A DNA stretch of 64,000 nt from the NCBI GenBank assembly GCA_044368015.1, contig JBIPLF010000005.1, positions 2,985 through 66,984 on the forward strand, written 5' to 3'. The DNA comes from Rickettsiales bacterium (lineage in GTDB: Bacteria > Pseudomonadota > Alphaproteobacteria > Rickettsiales > RI-342). The notes under the pieces were generated by a model. It saw nothing but the letters and a program-made list of their open reading frames with translations, had not been told where the DNA came from and ran no database searches. Position numbers and translations under genes: made by a program. The stretch's first letter is position 1. Every line of letters begins with the position of its first letter. Positions 18,865 to 29,912 of this stretch are shown in pieces.

Positions 18865-19101
18865 ATGCTCCGTGCCAACACACCCAACGCTGAAACACAA
18901 GCCGCCATGCAGGAAGCAGAGGCGGGTCGGGCGGAGCCTTTTGAGAGCCTTGATGCCTTGTTCCATAGTTGGAAGCAGGATGCGTTCGCGTTGCCTCTCA
19001 CCACCCGTCATTGCGAGCACAGCGAAGCAATCCAGCAAAAGAGAACAGACTGGATTGCCACGTCGGCTACGCCTCCTCGCAATGACGGTTCTGGAGGCTA
19101 A
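18865..19101 (+). pseudogene. Possible remnant of a DinJ/RelB-type antitoxin (C-terminal part only) running into a repeat
   Basis: NTPNAETQAAMQEAEAGRAEPFESLDALFHSW resembles the recalled DinJ C-terminus PNQLTIQSIKNSEAGIDVHKAKDADDLFDKL. No RHH N-domain and no toxin partner. The ORF tail is encoded by repeat 19007-19086. Confidence 0.3.
19007..19086. repeat. Family C palindromic element (GTCATTGCGAG...CTCGCAATGAC)
   Basis: GTCATTGCGAGCACAGCGAAGCAATCCAG...CTGGATTGCCACG...CCTCCTCGCAATGAC. Confidence 0.85.
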
Positions 19102-19328
19102 CCGCTCACTGCTGCTTCTGGTGTCACTCTCAGCTTTGCTGCCGTATTACGCAGAGCGGCAACTTCGCCTTCTTGCAATGCAGGCTCTTCACCCGAAGCG
19201 GCACGCGCAATAACGCCGTCGATGGCGTCTGCAAGCTCTGCGGGGGTTCCACCTACCTCCTGAAGCATGGTTTGTAGGGCTTCGCCTGACAAGTGCTCTG
19301 TTTCTACCTGTTGTGCCATTTGCAGCAA
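19098..19328 (-). CDS. Hypothetical small protein
   Basis: 76-aa acidic ORF divergent from ftsA. No recognisable family or SD. Confidence 0.25.
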   Translation of the reverse strand: MLQMAQQVETEHLSGEALQTMLQEVGGTPAELADAIDGVIARAASGEEPALQEGEVAALRNTAAKLRVTPEAAVSG

Positions 19329-19406
19329 CTGCGTGCGCCCTTCGCACCCGCAAAAAAATCTGCGTCACCCCTAGCGCAAAGGTTAAGAACCCTCTATACA
19401 AAATGC

Positions 19407-20651
19407 ATGGCCCGACCGCATGAAACCCTCATTGCCATTTTGGATATCGGCACCAGCAAAGTGGTGTGTTTTATCGCACGCCTGAACCCTGAGGGGACGG
19501 TGGAAATCCTCGGCATCGGGCACCAATTATCGCAGGGGATTCGCGGCGGCGCGGTGACCGATATCGCGGCGGCGAAGACCTCCATTCTCTCCACGCTGCA
19601 TATTGCCGAACAAATGGCCGAGCGACGGATTGAGCGGGTGGTGATCAGCCTTTCCGGCTGTGCGCCGAAATCTTACCATTTATACGGCGAGCTGCCCATC
19701 GGCAACCGGCCGATCGGCGAAAGCGACGTGCAGAAGCTCCTCCATCAGGCGCGGTTGCGGGTGGAAGATGGCCAGCATGATATCCTCCATTGCACCCCAC
19801 TGCGCTACCTGATTGATAACGAGCAGCGCGTGCAGGACCCTCGCGGCATGTATGGCAAGCTGCTCTCCGCCGATGTGCATATCACCACGGTGGCGTCCGG
19901 TGCGGTGCGCAACCTCACCCATTGCGTCGCGCAGTGCCAGCTGGATATCGCCGATTATGTGCTGGCTCCTTATGCCTCCGGTCTTGGTGTGCTGACGGAA
20001 GATGAATTGCAACTGGGCGTGACCGTGATTGATATTGGTGGCGCCAGCACCGGCATTTCGATGTTCACCGAGGGGCAATTTGTGTTTTCCGACGTGATAC
20101 CCATGGGCGGGCGGCACATCACCAACGACATTGCCAAGGGGCTTTCTACCAGCATGCAGCAGGCGGAGCGGATTAAGGCCATTCATGGCAGCGCGATCCC
20201 CATGCCGTCCGACACGCACGAGATGCTGCATGTGCCGACCCTCGGCGAGGATGATCCCGACGAACCGAACATGATTACCCGCGCCATGCTGGTGAGCATC
20301 ATTCGCCCCCGCGTGGAGGAAATTTTCGAGATCGTGCGCAGCAAGATTCAGGAAAGCGGTGCCGATGCGCAGGCGGGCCACCGGGTGGTGCTGACCGGCG
20401 GCGGCAGCCAGTTGATGGGCATACGGGAATTTGTGGCGCAACATCTGAACGCACAGGTGCGGATGGGACGTCCGATTCCGGTTGCAGGGCTGGCGGAATC
20501 CACGGCTGGCCCGTCCTTTGCCACCGCACTCGGACTGCTGGAATATGCACGGCGTCAGGCGATCTCTCATCAGGCGCACGGTGCCCATCATCCGACCAGT
20601 TTCCGCGAAGCCGTGGCAAAAATGGTGCAATGGGTCAAAGAAAACATTTAA
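19407..20651 (+). CDS. ftsA: Cell division protein FtsA
   Basis: MARPHETLIAILDIGTSKVVCFIA..., with actin-fold motifs VIDIGGASTGISMF and VLTGGGSQL. Start trimmed to ATG 19407. Confidence 0.95.
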   Translation: MARPHETLIAILDIGTSKVVCFIARLNPEGTVEILGIGHQLSQGIRGGAVTDIAAAKTSILSTLHIAEQMAERRIERVVISLSGCAPKSYHLYGELPIGNRPIGESDVQKLLHQARLRVEDGQHDILHCTPLRYLIDNEQRVQDPRGMYGKLLSADVHITTVASGAVRNLTHCVAQCQLDIADYVLAPYASGLGVLTEDELQLGVTVIDIGGASTGISMFTEGQFVFSDVIPMGGRHITNDIAKGLSTSMQQAERIKAIHGSAIPMPSDTHEMLHVPTLGEDDPDEPNMITRAMLVSIIRPRVEEIFEIVRSKIQESGADAQAGHRVVLTGGGSQLMGIREFVAQHLNAQVRMGRPIPVAGLAESTAGPSFATALGLLEYARRQAISHQAHGAHHPTSFREAVAKMVQWVKENI

Positions 20652-20795
20652 GCGTGGCGGGATCTGGCGATTTCGGTAGAAATGTCGCCTTTTCGTCACA
20701 AGAGCGGTTGCGGTGCATTCATAAATGTAGTATGAACAGTCCCGTTCATCCCAAGATATAGGCTTAACCCACTCACCGATCATTGGAGTCTCCTT

Positions 20796-22442
20796 ATGAG
20801 CATTCACCTCCAACTGCCCCCTACGACCGATTACCTGAAACCCCATATTACGGTGGTGGGTGTGGGTGGCGCCGGTGGGAATGCCGTCAATAACATGATC
20901 ACCTCCAAGCTGGAGGGCGTGAACTTTATCACCGCCAATACTGACGCGCAGGCGCTCAGCACCTCACTGGCGGAAAAACGCGTGCAATTGGGGTCGAACG
21001 TCACCGGAGGACTTGGTGCGGGCGCTTCTCCCGATACGGGACGCGCCGCCGCAGAGGAATCGCTGGAAGAAATCGAATCGCTGATTCAGGGCACCAATAT
21101 GCTGTTTATCACCGCCGGAATGGGCGGTGGCACGGGCACGGGCGCAAGCCCGGTGATCGCCCGTCTGGCGCGTGAGATGGGCGTGCTGACGGTGGGGGTG
21201 GTTACCAAGCCCTTCCAGTTTGAGGGCGCGCACCGGATGCGTCTGGCCGAGCGCGGCGTGGCCGAGCTGCAAAGCTTTGTGGATACGCTGATTGTGATCC
21301 CCAACCAGAATCTGTTCCGTATCGCCAACGAAAAAACCACCTTCGCCGATGCGTTTGCGATGGCCGATGAGGTGCTGCATTCCGGGGTGCGGGGTGTCAC
21401 CGATCTGATGGTGATGCCGGGGCTCATCAATCTCGACTTTGCCGATATCCGCGCCGTGATGGGTGAAATGGGCAAGGCCGTGATGGGGACGGGCGAGGCC
21501 GAGGGCGATCGCCGGGCGCTCGATGCCGCCGAGGCCGCTATTTCCAACCCGCTGCTGGATGATATGTCGATGCAGGGGGCACGGGGTATGTTGATCAACG
21601 TCACCGGTGGGCCGGACATGACCCTGTTTGAGGTGGACGAAGTCGCCAATCGCGTCCGCGACGAGGTCGATCCCGACGCCAACATCATTTTCGGTGCCAC
21701 CTTCAACGACGCGCTGATGGGTAAAATCCGCGTGTCGGTGGTGGCGACCGGTATCGGTAAGGAAGTCACGCAATCGCATGATTCCTCCGGCGGCACGGTG
21801 ATCTCCTCGCTGTCGCGTGGCGGAGCCGATGGCCGTAAATTTTATACCCGCACCACTCCCGCACCGTCGGTTGCGGTATCCGAACGCGTTCCCGATTTCC
21901 GTGCGTCCGCTGCAGTGCGCAATGCTCCTGCGCCTGTTCCCGTAGCCGAGCCGGTCGCTACCCGCTTGGAACCCGTGGAGGCCGCGCCTGCTCCTGCGCC
22001 CGTTATTTCGGTACTGGCTGAAAAGCGCGAAACCGTGGTGGCGATTCAGGAAACGCCAGTCCCCGCCGAGCGCGAACCGGAGCTATTCCAGAAGCCGGAA
22101 TCCTCCATCAGCCCTGCGGCGTTTGGCCGTCCGCGTGGTTCCTTCACCAAACAGCCGGAACGTGCGCAGACGACGGTTCAGCCCCAACCACAGGCGGTCG
22201 ATAAGGAGCGGGACGAGGTCCCCACCTTCAAATTCATGCAGAAATTTGCCGGTGTGGGTAAAGCACTCACCACCCCGCAACCAACGCGCCAGGAGGCCCC
22301 CAGGCAGACCGTCACCAAGGTGGAAGCGGTGGTAGAACGTCCCCAGCAGCCCGTTCACACCCGTCCGGCGACCGGGAATGCCGGTTCCGAAGGGGAGGAA
22401 TATCTGGATATTCCGGCTTTCCTGCGGCGTCAGGCGAATTAG
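20796..22442 (+). CDS. ftsZ: Cell division protein FtsZ
   Basis: Contains [13 protein letters not shown], the tubulin signature GGGTGTGA, a long Pro/Ala-rich linker, and a C-terminal [11 protein letters not shown] peptide. Confidence 0.98.
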   Translation: MSIHLQLPPTTDYLKPHITVVGVGGAGGNAVNNMITSKLEGVNFITANTDAQALSTSLAEKRVQLGSNVTGGLGAGASPDTGRAAAEESLEEIESLIQGTNMLFITAGMGGGTGTGASPVIARLAREMGVLTVGVVTKPFQFEGAHRMRLAERGVAELQSFVDTLIVIPNQNLFRIANEKTTFADAFAMADEVLHSGVRGVTDLMVMPGLINLDFADIRAVMGEMGKAVMGTGEAEGDRRALDAAEAAISNPLLDDMSMQGARGMLINVTGGPDMTLFEVDEVANRVRDEVDPDANIIFGATFNDALMGKIRVSVVATGIGKEVTQSHDSSGGTVISSLSRGGADGRKFYTRTTPAPSVAVSERVPDFRASAAVRNAPAPVPVAEPVATRLEPVEAAPAPAPVISVLAEKRETVVAIQETPVPAEREPELFQKPESSISPAAFGRPRGSFTKQPERAQTTVQPQPQAVDKERDEVPTFKFMQKFAGVGKALTTPQPTRQEAPRQTVTKVEAVVERPQQPVHTRPATGNAGSEGEEYLDIPAFLRRQAN

Positions 22443-22492
22443 GAACGGGAGTGTTGGGGTAATCTCGCAGCAACGCCAATATACGGATCGGC

Positions 22493-22580
22493 GTCATTGC
22501 GATGAGGCAAAGCCGACGCGGCAATCCATGCTTTATTTATGCGCTGGATTGCCGCGTTCGCGTTGCTCGCTCGCAATGAC
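22493..22580. repeat. Family C palindromic element
   Basis: GTCATTGCGATG...GCTCGCTCGCAATGAC. Confidence 0.8.
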
Positions 22581-22623
22581 GCATCGCACGGTGTAACCTT
22601 TCCCGAAATACGAGCCACTCTCT

Positions 22624-25331
<2,708 letters not shown>

Positions 25332-25366
25332 CTTTCAGGAAATGTTGGTGCCGCTTTGGTCTGCCC

Positions 25367-25554
25367 GTCATTGTTGCCTTGCGAAAGGTTAGGGTCTCGC
25401 GTCATCCCAGCGAAAGCTGGGATCCAGAAGGGACAGAAAGACTGGATTCCAACGTTCGTTGGAATGACGATGTGGGGATGCTTCCGCTCCATGCCGACGT
25501 TTATGCAAAGGTTCCTTCTGGATTGCCACGCTCGCGTTGCTCACTCGCAATGAC
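25367..25554. repeat. Family C element with a second palindrome nested inside
   Basis: GTCATTGTTGCC...CTCGCAATGAC encloses CGTCATCCCAGCGAAAGCTGGGATCCAG...CTGGATTCCAACGTTCGTTGGAATGACG. Confidence 0.8.
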
Positions 25555-25645
25555 GGAGTCCCCCTTTTTTCCGTTTCCCCTTGCAATCTTCGTTCCTATA
25601 CCCCATTATTTTAGTAAGGCATTCACCTATCAAGGAGGAGTTACC

Positions 25646-26353
25646 ATGAACATGATGCCCAATCGCAGTACCACCTACACTGAAGCCGTGGGCTTCGATG
25701 CGGGCCTGCGCAGCTACATGCTGAAGATTTACAATCTTATGGCCGGCGCACTGGCGTTGACCGGTGTGGTGGCCTTTTTCACCGCGCAATCGCCTGCCAT
25801 GCTTAACCTGCTGTTCAACACCCCGCTGAAATGGGTGATTATGCTCGCCCCGCTGGGGATGAGCCTGGTGTTCAGCTTCCGCCTGCAATCCATGTCGATC
25901 AGCGGTGCCAAAATGCTCTTCTGGGCCTTTGCCGGGGTGATGGGCCTTTCCATGTCGTCGATTTTCATCGTCTTCACCGGTCAGGATATTGCCCGCGCCT
26001 TTTTCATCACCGCCGCCACCTTTGGCTCCATGAGCCTGTATGGCTACACCACCAAACGGGATCTGTCAGGCTTTGGCTCGTTCCTCATCATGGGGGTGTT
26101 TGGCATTCTGATCGCCTCGCTGGTGAATCTGTTCATGCAAAGCTCGGCGATGCAGATGGCGATCTCTGTGCTCAGCGTGCTGATTTTCACCGGACTGACC
26201 GCTTATGACACGCAGAAGCTGAAGCATATGTATTATGCTTTTGGTGGCGAGATGCGCGATAAACTAGCGATTATGGGGGCGCTGAACCTCTATTTCGACT
26301 TTATCATCATCTTCCAGAACCTGCTGCAACTGATGAACAGCAACCGGGAGTAG
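25646..26353 (+). CDS. Bax inhibitor-1/YccA family membrane protein
   Basis: Start at ATG 25646 after AAGGAGG. Contains LRSYMLKIYNLMAGALALTG, seven hydrophobic segments, and DTQKLK. Confidence 0.9.
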   Translation: MNMMPNRSTTYTEAVGFDAGLRSYMLKIYNLMAGALALTGVVAFFTAQSPAMLNLLFNTPLKWVIMLAPLGMSLVFSFRLQSMSISGAKMLFWAFAGVMGLSMSSIFIVFTGQDIARAFFITAATFGSMSLYGYTTKRDLSGFGSFLIMGVFGILIASLVNLFMQSSAMQMAISVLSVLIFTGLTAYDTQKLKHMYYAFGGEMRDKLAIMGALNLYFDFIIIFQNLLQLMNSNRE

Positions 26354-26362
26354 TTGCGATAC

Positions 26363-26446
26363 GTCATTGCGAGCGTAAGCGAAGCAATCCAGCAAAGAAT
26401 CCGTTTTCTGGATTGCCACGTTGGGCTACGCCCTCCTCGCAATGAC
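26363..26446. repeat. Family C palindromic element
   Basis: GTCATTGCGAGCGTAAGCGAAGCAATCCAG...CTGGATTGCCACG...CTCGCAATGAC. Confidence 0.85.
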
Positions 26447-26506
26447 GAGAGTAGCTTTATTGCCGAAAGGCCTTCCTCCGGGGAGGCCTTTTTGCTATGA
26501 GGGGGC

Positions 26507-27283
26507 ATGTCTGTTGCGACTTCCTCCCTGATTAGCGTTTCTACCCTCTATTGGCGGGAGGTGTGGCGATTTCTGAAGGTCTACAACCAAACCATTCTGG
26601 CGCCGGTTGCGACGAATTTGCTGTTTCTGGCGGTGTTTACGCTGGCGCTGGGCGGCAGTGAACGCATGGTGGCGGGGATGCCCTTCCACCAGTTTATTAT
26701 CCCCGGCCTCACCATGATGGCGATCACCCAGAATGCCTTCGCGAATACGGCATCCTCGCTGATGCTTTCCAAGGTGCAGGGGGTGATTATCGACCTACTC
26801 ATGCCCCCCTTCACCCCCGGAAACCTCACCTTTGCGCTGGCAATGGGCGGGGTCACGCGGGGCTTGTGTGTTGGCATTGCAGTGGTGGTGGCGATGGTGC
26901 CGTTTGTGCCTTTTACCATCCTGCATCCCGGTTTGGCGCTGTTTTACACCCTCTCCGCCTCGCTAATGCTCGCTCTGATGGGCATCCTCACCGGTATCTG
27001 GTCGCAGAGCTTCGACCAGATGTCCGCCATTACCAATTATGTGATAACGCCACTGGCGTTTCTTTCCGGCACATTCTACTCCGTACACCAGTTGCCGCCC
27101 TTCTGGCAGGCGGTGAGCCATGCCGACCCGTTTTTCTACATGATCGACGGCATGCGCTACAGCTTCACGGGACATGCCGATGCGCCGATCATGACTGGTA
27201 TCCTCGTGATGGTCGGCATCAACGCGGGACTGTGGATCCTCACCCACTGGATTTTGGCGAAAGGCTATCGGTTAAAGCAATAG
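26507..27283 (+). CDS. ABC-2 type transporter permease
   Basis: 258 aa with six hydrophobic segments. Contains LYWREVWRFLKVYNQTILAPV, typical of the ABC-2/YadH family. No cognate ATPase gene is adjacent. Confidence 0.8.
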   Translation: MSVATSSLISVSTLYWREVWRFLKVYNQTILAPVATNLLFLAVFTLALGGSERMVAGMPFHQFIIPGLTMMAITQNAFANTASSLMLSKVQGVIIDLLMPPFTPGNLTFALAMGGVTRGLCVGIAVVVAMVPFVPFTILHPGLALFYTLSASLMLALMGILTGIWSQSFDQMSAITNYVITPLAFLSGTFYSVHQLPPFWQAVSHADPFFYMIDGMRYSFTGHADAPIMTGILVMVGINAGLWILTHWILAKGYRLKQ

Positions 27284-27296
27284 CGGCGCTTCCATG

Positions 27297-27325
27297 CTGA
27301 CATCACGCGCATCTCCATCTATAAT
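27297..27325 (+). promoter_or_regulatory. Sigma-70-type promoter, possibly producing a leaderless transcript for the large pilin-like operon
   Basis: CTGACA-17 nt-TATAAT. The -10 element ends 6 nt before ATG 27332 and there is no SD. Confidence 0.45.
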
Positions 27326-27331
27326 GGGCGG

Positions 27332-28747
27332 ATGCGCTTGTTCCGCTCCATGCGAGGCTTCAGCCTCATTGAACTTTCGATTCTGCTCGCCGTGTTTGGC
27401 GCAGCGGCAGCGGCGGCGTTGAGCTGGTTGCAACCCAGCGGGCTGGATGAGTGGCAGAAGGTGGAACTCACGCGCCAGCGGCTGGGGGTGATTGAGCGCT
27501 CGCTGCAAACCTTCCGCGTGCAACAGGGGCGGCTGCCCTGCGCCGCCGACCGGTCGCTGGCCAGCACAGCGGCGGAAGTGGGACAGGAAGATTGCCAGAG
27601 TGCAGGCAGCAGCCTGAATGTGGGGGTGGTCCCCACCCGCACGCTGGGACTGGATATTCAATATATGGAGGATGGCTGGGGACGGCGTTTCTCCTACGCC
27701 GTGGCAACGGATGTGTGCCCCATCAGCACCGTTGCGCCGCTCAACGCGCCACTCAATTGTACGGCGATCACCTATACGTCTGGGACGGGGAATCTCACGG
27801 TGCGCACGCATGATTTACTCACCCCCAACAACACCACCTACGCCAGCGGCACCGCAAATACCTGGGATAACCTCACGACGAGCGCCCTCTATGTGGTCAT
27901 CAGCCATGGCCCCAATGGCGACGGCGCCTGGATGGGAAGCGGCACCCAGAACGCCGTTTCCGGCACGCTCTCAGCGAAGGAAACCGAAAACACCAACCTG
28001 ACCACCGACAGTCTTTTCTTCACCGACGTGCAACGCCCGGATTTCGACGATCTGGTGATTTACGCCACCAAGGCGCAACTGGATGCGGTAACACTCACCA
28101 CCGACCGCTATCCCATCACCAAAAACGAATGCCACGACATCACCAAAACCATCGGCGCGCTCACGGTGGCCGAGGCAGGCGACATGGATAACCTCACCTG
28201 GGATGGCGGTGACACGGCCGATGTGGACATGCTTCGAGTGCTTTGGACCATGCGGGAGGTCTGCTACCGTTACTACGCGCAGGTGGTGGGCGATTGCAAC
28301 GGTGGAACCGGAGAAACGCTCTACACCAAAACCACACCGGGAGCGAAGGCGATTGGTAGTATCGTGTTCTCGGCCAATCCCGCCAATAGCAATACGATTA
28401 CGCTGAACGGTGTCGTCTGGACCTTTGTTAGTGGTGCGGCATCGGGGAATCAAACCCAGATTCAGGGTACATTGGCAAGCACACTAACCCAGCTCGTGAC
28501 CGATCTCAATGCCTCCACCAATAGTTCGTTAGATGACGCCACCTACTCCACCACAAGCGGCACGGCACTGGTGATTTCCCATGACACACCGGGATCAGGT
28601 GGAAACGCCTATACCCTCACCGCTGGAGTGGGTACGGCAAGCGGCGCCACCCTCACCGGAGGTGGCAATGGTGCGGAGAATATCAGTTTCTGCATCGATT
28701 GCCCCACGGGTTTCACCTGGAATGCGGGGAGCGCCACATGCGACTAA
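27332..28747 (+). CDS. Large prepilin-type N-terminal domain protein (471 aa)
   Basis: MRLFRSMRGFSLIELSILLAV. Shares RLPCxA, GWGRRFSY, YVVISHGPNGDGAW and DFDDLVIY with the next gene. The C-terminal ~130 aa are Thr/Ser/Gly/Asn-rich. Confidence 0.85.
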   Translation: MRLFRSMRGFSLIELSILLAVFGAAAAAALSWLQPSGLDEWQKVELTRQRLGVIERSLQTFRVQQGRLPCAADRSLASTAAEVGQEDCQSAGSSLNVGVVPTRTLGLDIQYMEDGWGRRFSYAVATDVCPISTVAPLNAPLNCTAITYTSGTGNLTVRTHDLLTPNNTTYASGTANTWDNLTTSALYVVISHGPNGDGAWMGSGTQNAVSGTLSAKETENTNLTTDSLFFTDVQRPDFDDLVIYATKAQLDAVTLTTDRYPITKNECHDITKTIGALTVAEAGDMDNLTWDGGDTADVDMLRVLWTMREVCYRYYAQVVGDCNGGTGETLYTKTTPGAKAIGSIVFSANPANSNTITLNGVVWTFVSGAASGNQTQIQGTLASTLTQLVTDLNASTNSSLDDATYSTTSGTALVISHDTPGSGGNAYTLTAGVGTASGATLTGGGNGAENISFCIDCPTGFTWNAGSATCD

Positions 28748-29841
28748 TCCCCCCCCCCCATACCGCTTCACGGCTCGGCTATACGCTGATTGAGATGGCG
28801 ATTGTCCTCACCATTGTCGGCGTGATGGTGGCTAGTGTCCTCACCGTCGTGCAGCAAAAAACTGAGGCCGATAAATACCGGCTGACGCTGGAGCGCATGG
28901 ATGCCATTGAATCGGCGCTGATGCGCTATTTTGAACGCAACCGGTCCCTCCCCTGCCCGGCCAGTGGTGCTGCGCGGTACGAATCCGAAACCAGCGGAAG
29001 CTGGGGAGCGGCACTCACCTACGCAACCGCGACCAGCTCCTGCCCCAATGCACCGACGGACGCACGCGGCGTGCCTCCAGTGCGCACCCTGCTGCTCCCC
29101 GACGAGACGATGTATGATGGCTGGGGACGGAAATTCTCCTATCAGCTTTCCAACGGCATGGGATCGCAGGACGACCTCTACAATCAGGATAATAAAGGCA
29201 ATCTGAGTGTCAAAAACCTGCAAGGGTTTGAACTCACCACCCTGAACTTCGAGGGAAAATATGGTGCGGTCTATGTGCTCATCAGCCATGGTCGCAATGG
29301 GTTGCGTGCCTGGCTACCGAATGTATCGGGCAGCGATGCCCTCACCTATATCGACACCGATATTCCGACGACCGACACCCTGCTGGGCGTGGAAATCGAG
29401 AATGTGGATGCTGATACCACCTTCATGCAGGACCTCACCGCTCAGGATTTTGACGATATTTTGCGCTTCAAAACCAAGTCGCAGATTTATGCCGATAAAC
29501 GGTATGTCTCCCCCATACGCCTTTCGTCCCGTGCGTGTGAGAGCGCCCGCGAAGCCCTGACCCATGCAACCGAAAGCTGGGCAGCCTACACCGCCAGCAC
29601 CGCCGTTCCCACGGGTTCGCTCACCGGTAAAAACAAAAAGGACATGATCCTCACCGCCGCACGGGCGCTGGACAAACTCTGCAATGGGAATGTGACCCCA
29701 CTCACCGACGAGTGCGATAGCGACGCCAACGTCACCTGGCAGGGACCGCCCTCCTATGGCCTGTCGGATTGCCGCTGCGTCACCGCAGGGCAACGCCACA
29801 AAACCGATCTGGAAGATGCTCCTCTCGGCGGCTGCGAATAA
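28738..29841 (+). CDS. Large prepilin-type N-terminal domain protein (367 aa), paralog of the preceding gene
   Basis: MRLIPPPHTASRLGYTLIEMAIVLTIVGV. Contains SLPCPA, GWGRKFSY, YVLISHGRNGLRAW and DFDDILRF. The ATG overlaps the upstream stop by 10 nt. Confidence 0.85.
   Translation: MRLIPPPHTASRLGYTLIEMAIVLTIVGVMVASVLTVVQQKTEADKYRLTLERMDAIESALMRYFERNRSLPCPASGAARYESETSGSWGAALTYATATSSCPNAPTDARGVPPVRTLLLPDETMYDGWGRKFSYQLSNGMGSQDDLYNQDNKGNLSVKNLQGFELTTLNFEGKYGAVYVLISHGRNGLRAWLPNVSGSDALTYIDTDIPTTDTLLGVEIENVDADTTFMQDLTAQDFDDILRFKTKSQIYADKRYVSPIRLSSRACESAREALTHATESWAAYTASTAVPTGSLTGKNKKDMILTAARALDKLCNGNVTPLTDECDSDANVTWQGPPSYGLSDCRCVTAGQRHKTDLEDAPLGGCE
28749..28759 (+). repeat. Homopolymeric C11 tract in codons 4-8 of the pilin-like gene
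   Basis: ATG CGA CTA ATC CCC CCC CCC CAT, read directly from the sequence. Confidence 0.95.
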
Positions 29842-29912
29842 CCTGTTTCTTCACTTTTCCCGGTTTTCGTCATCGTTCTGTTACATTCCCATGTCATAGA
29901 TGGGGGTAACCT

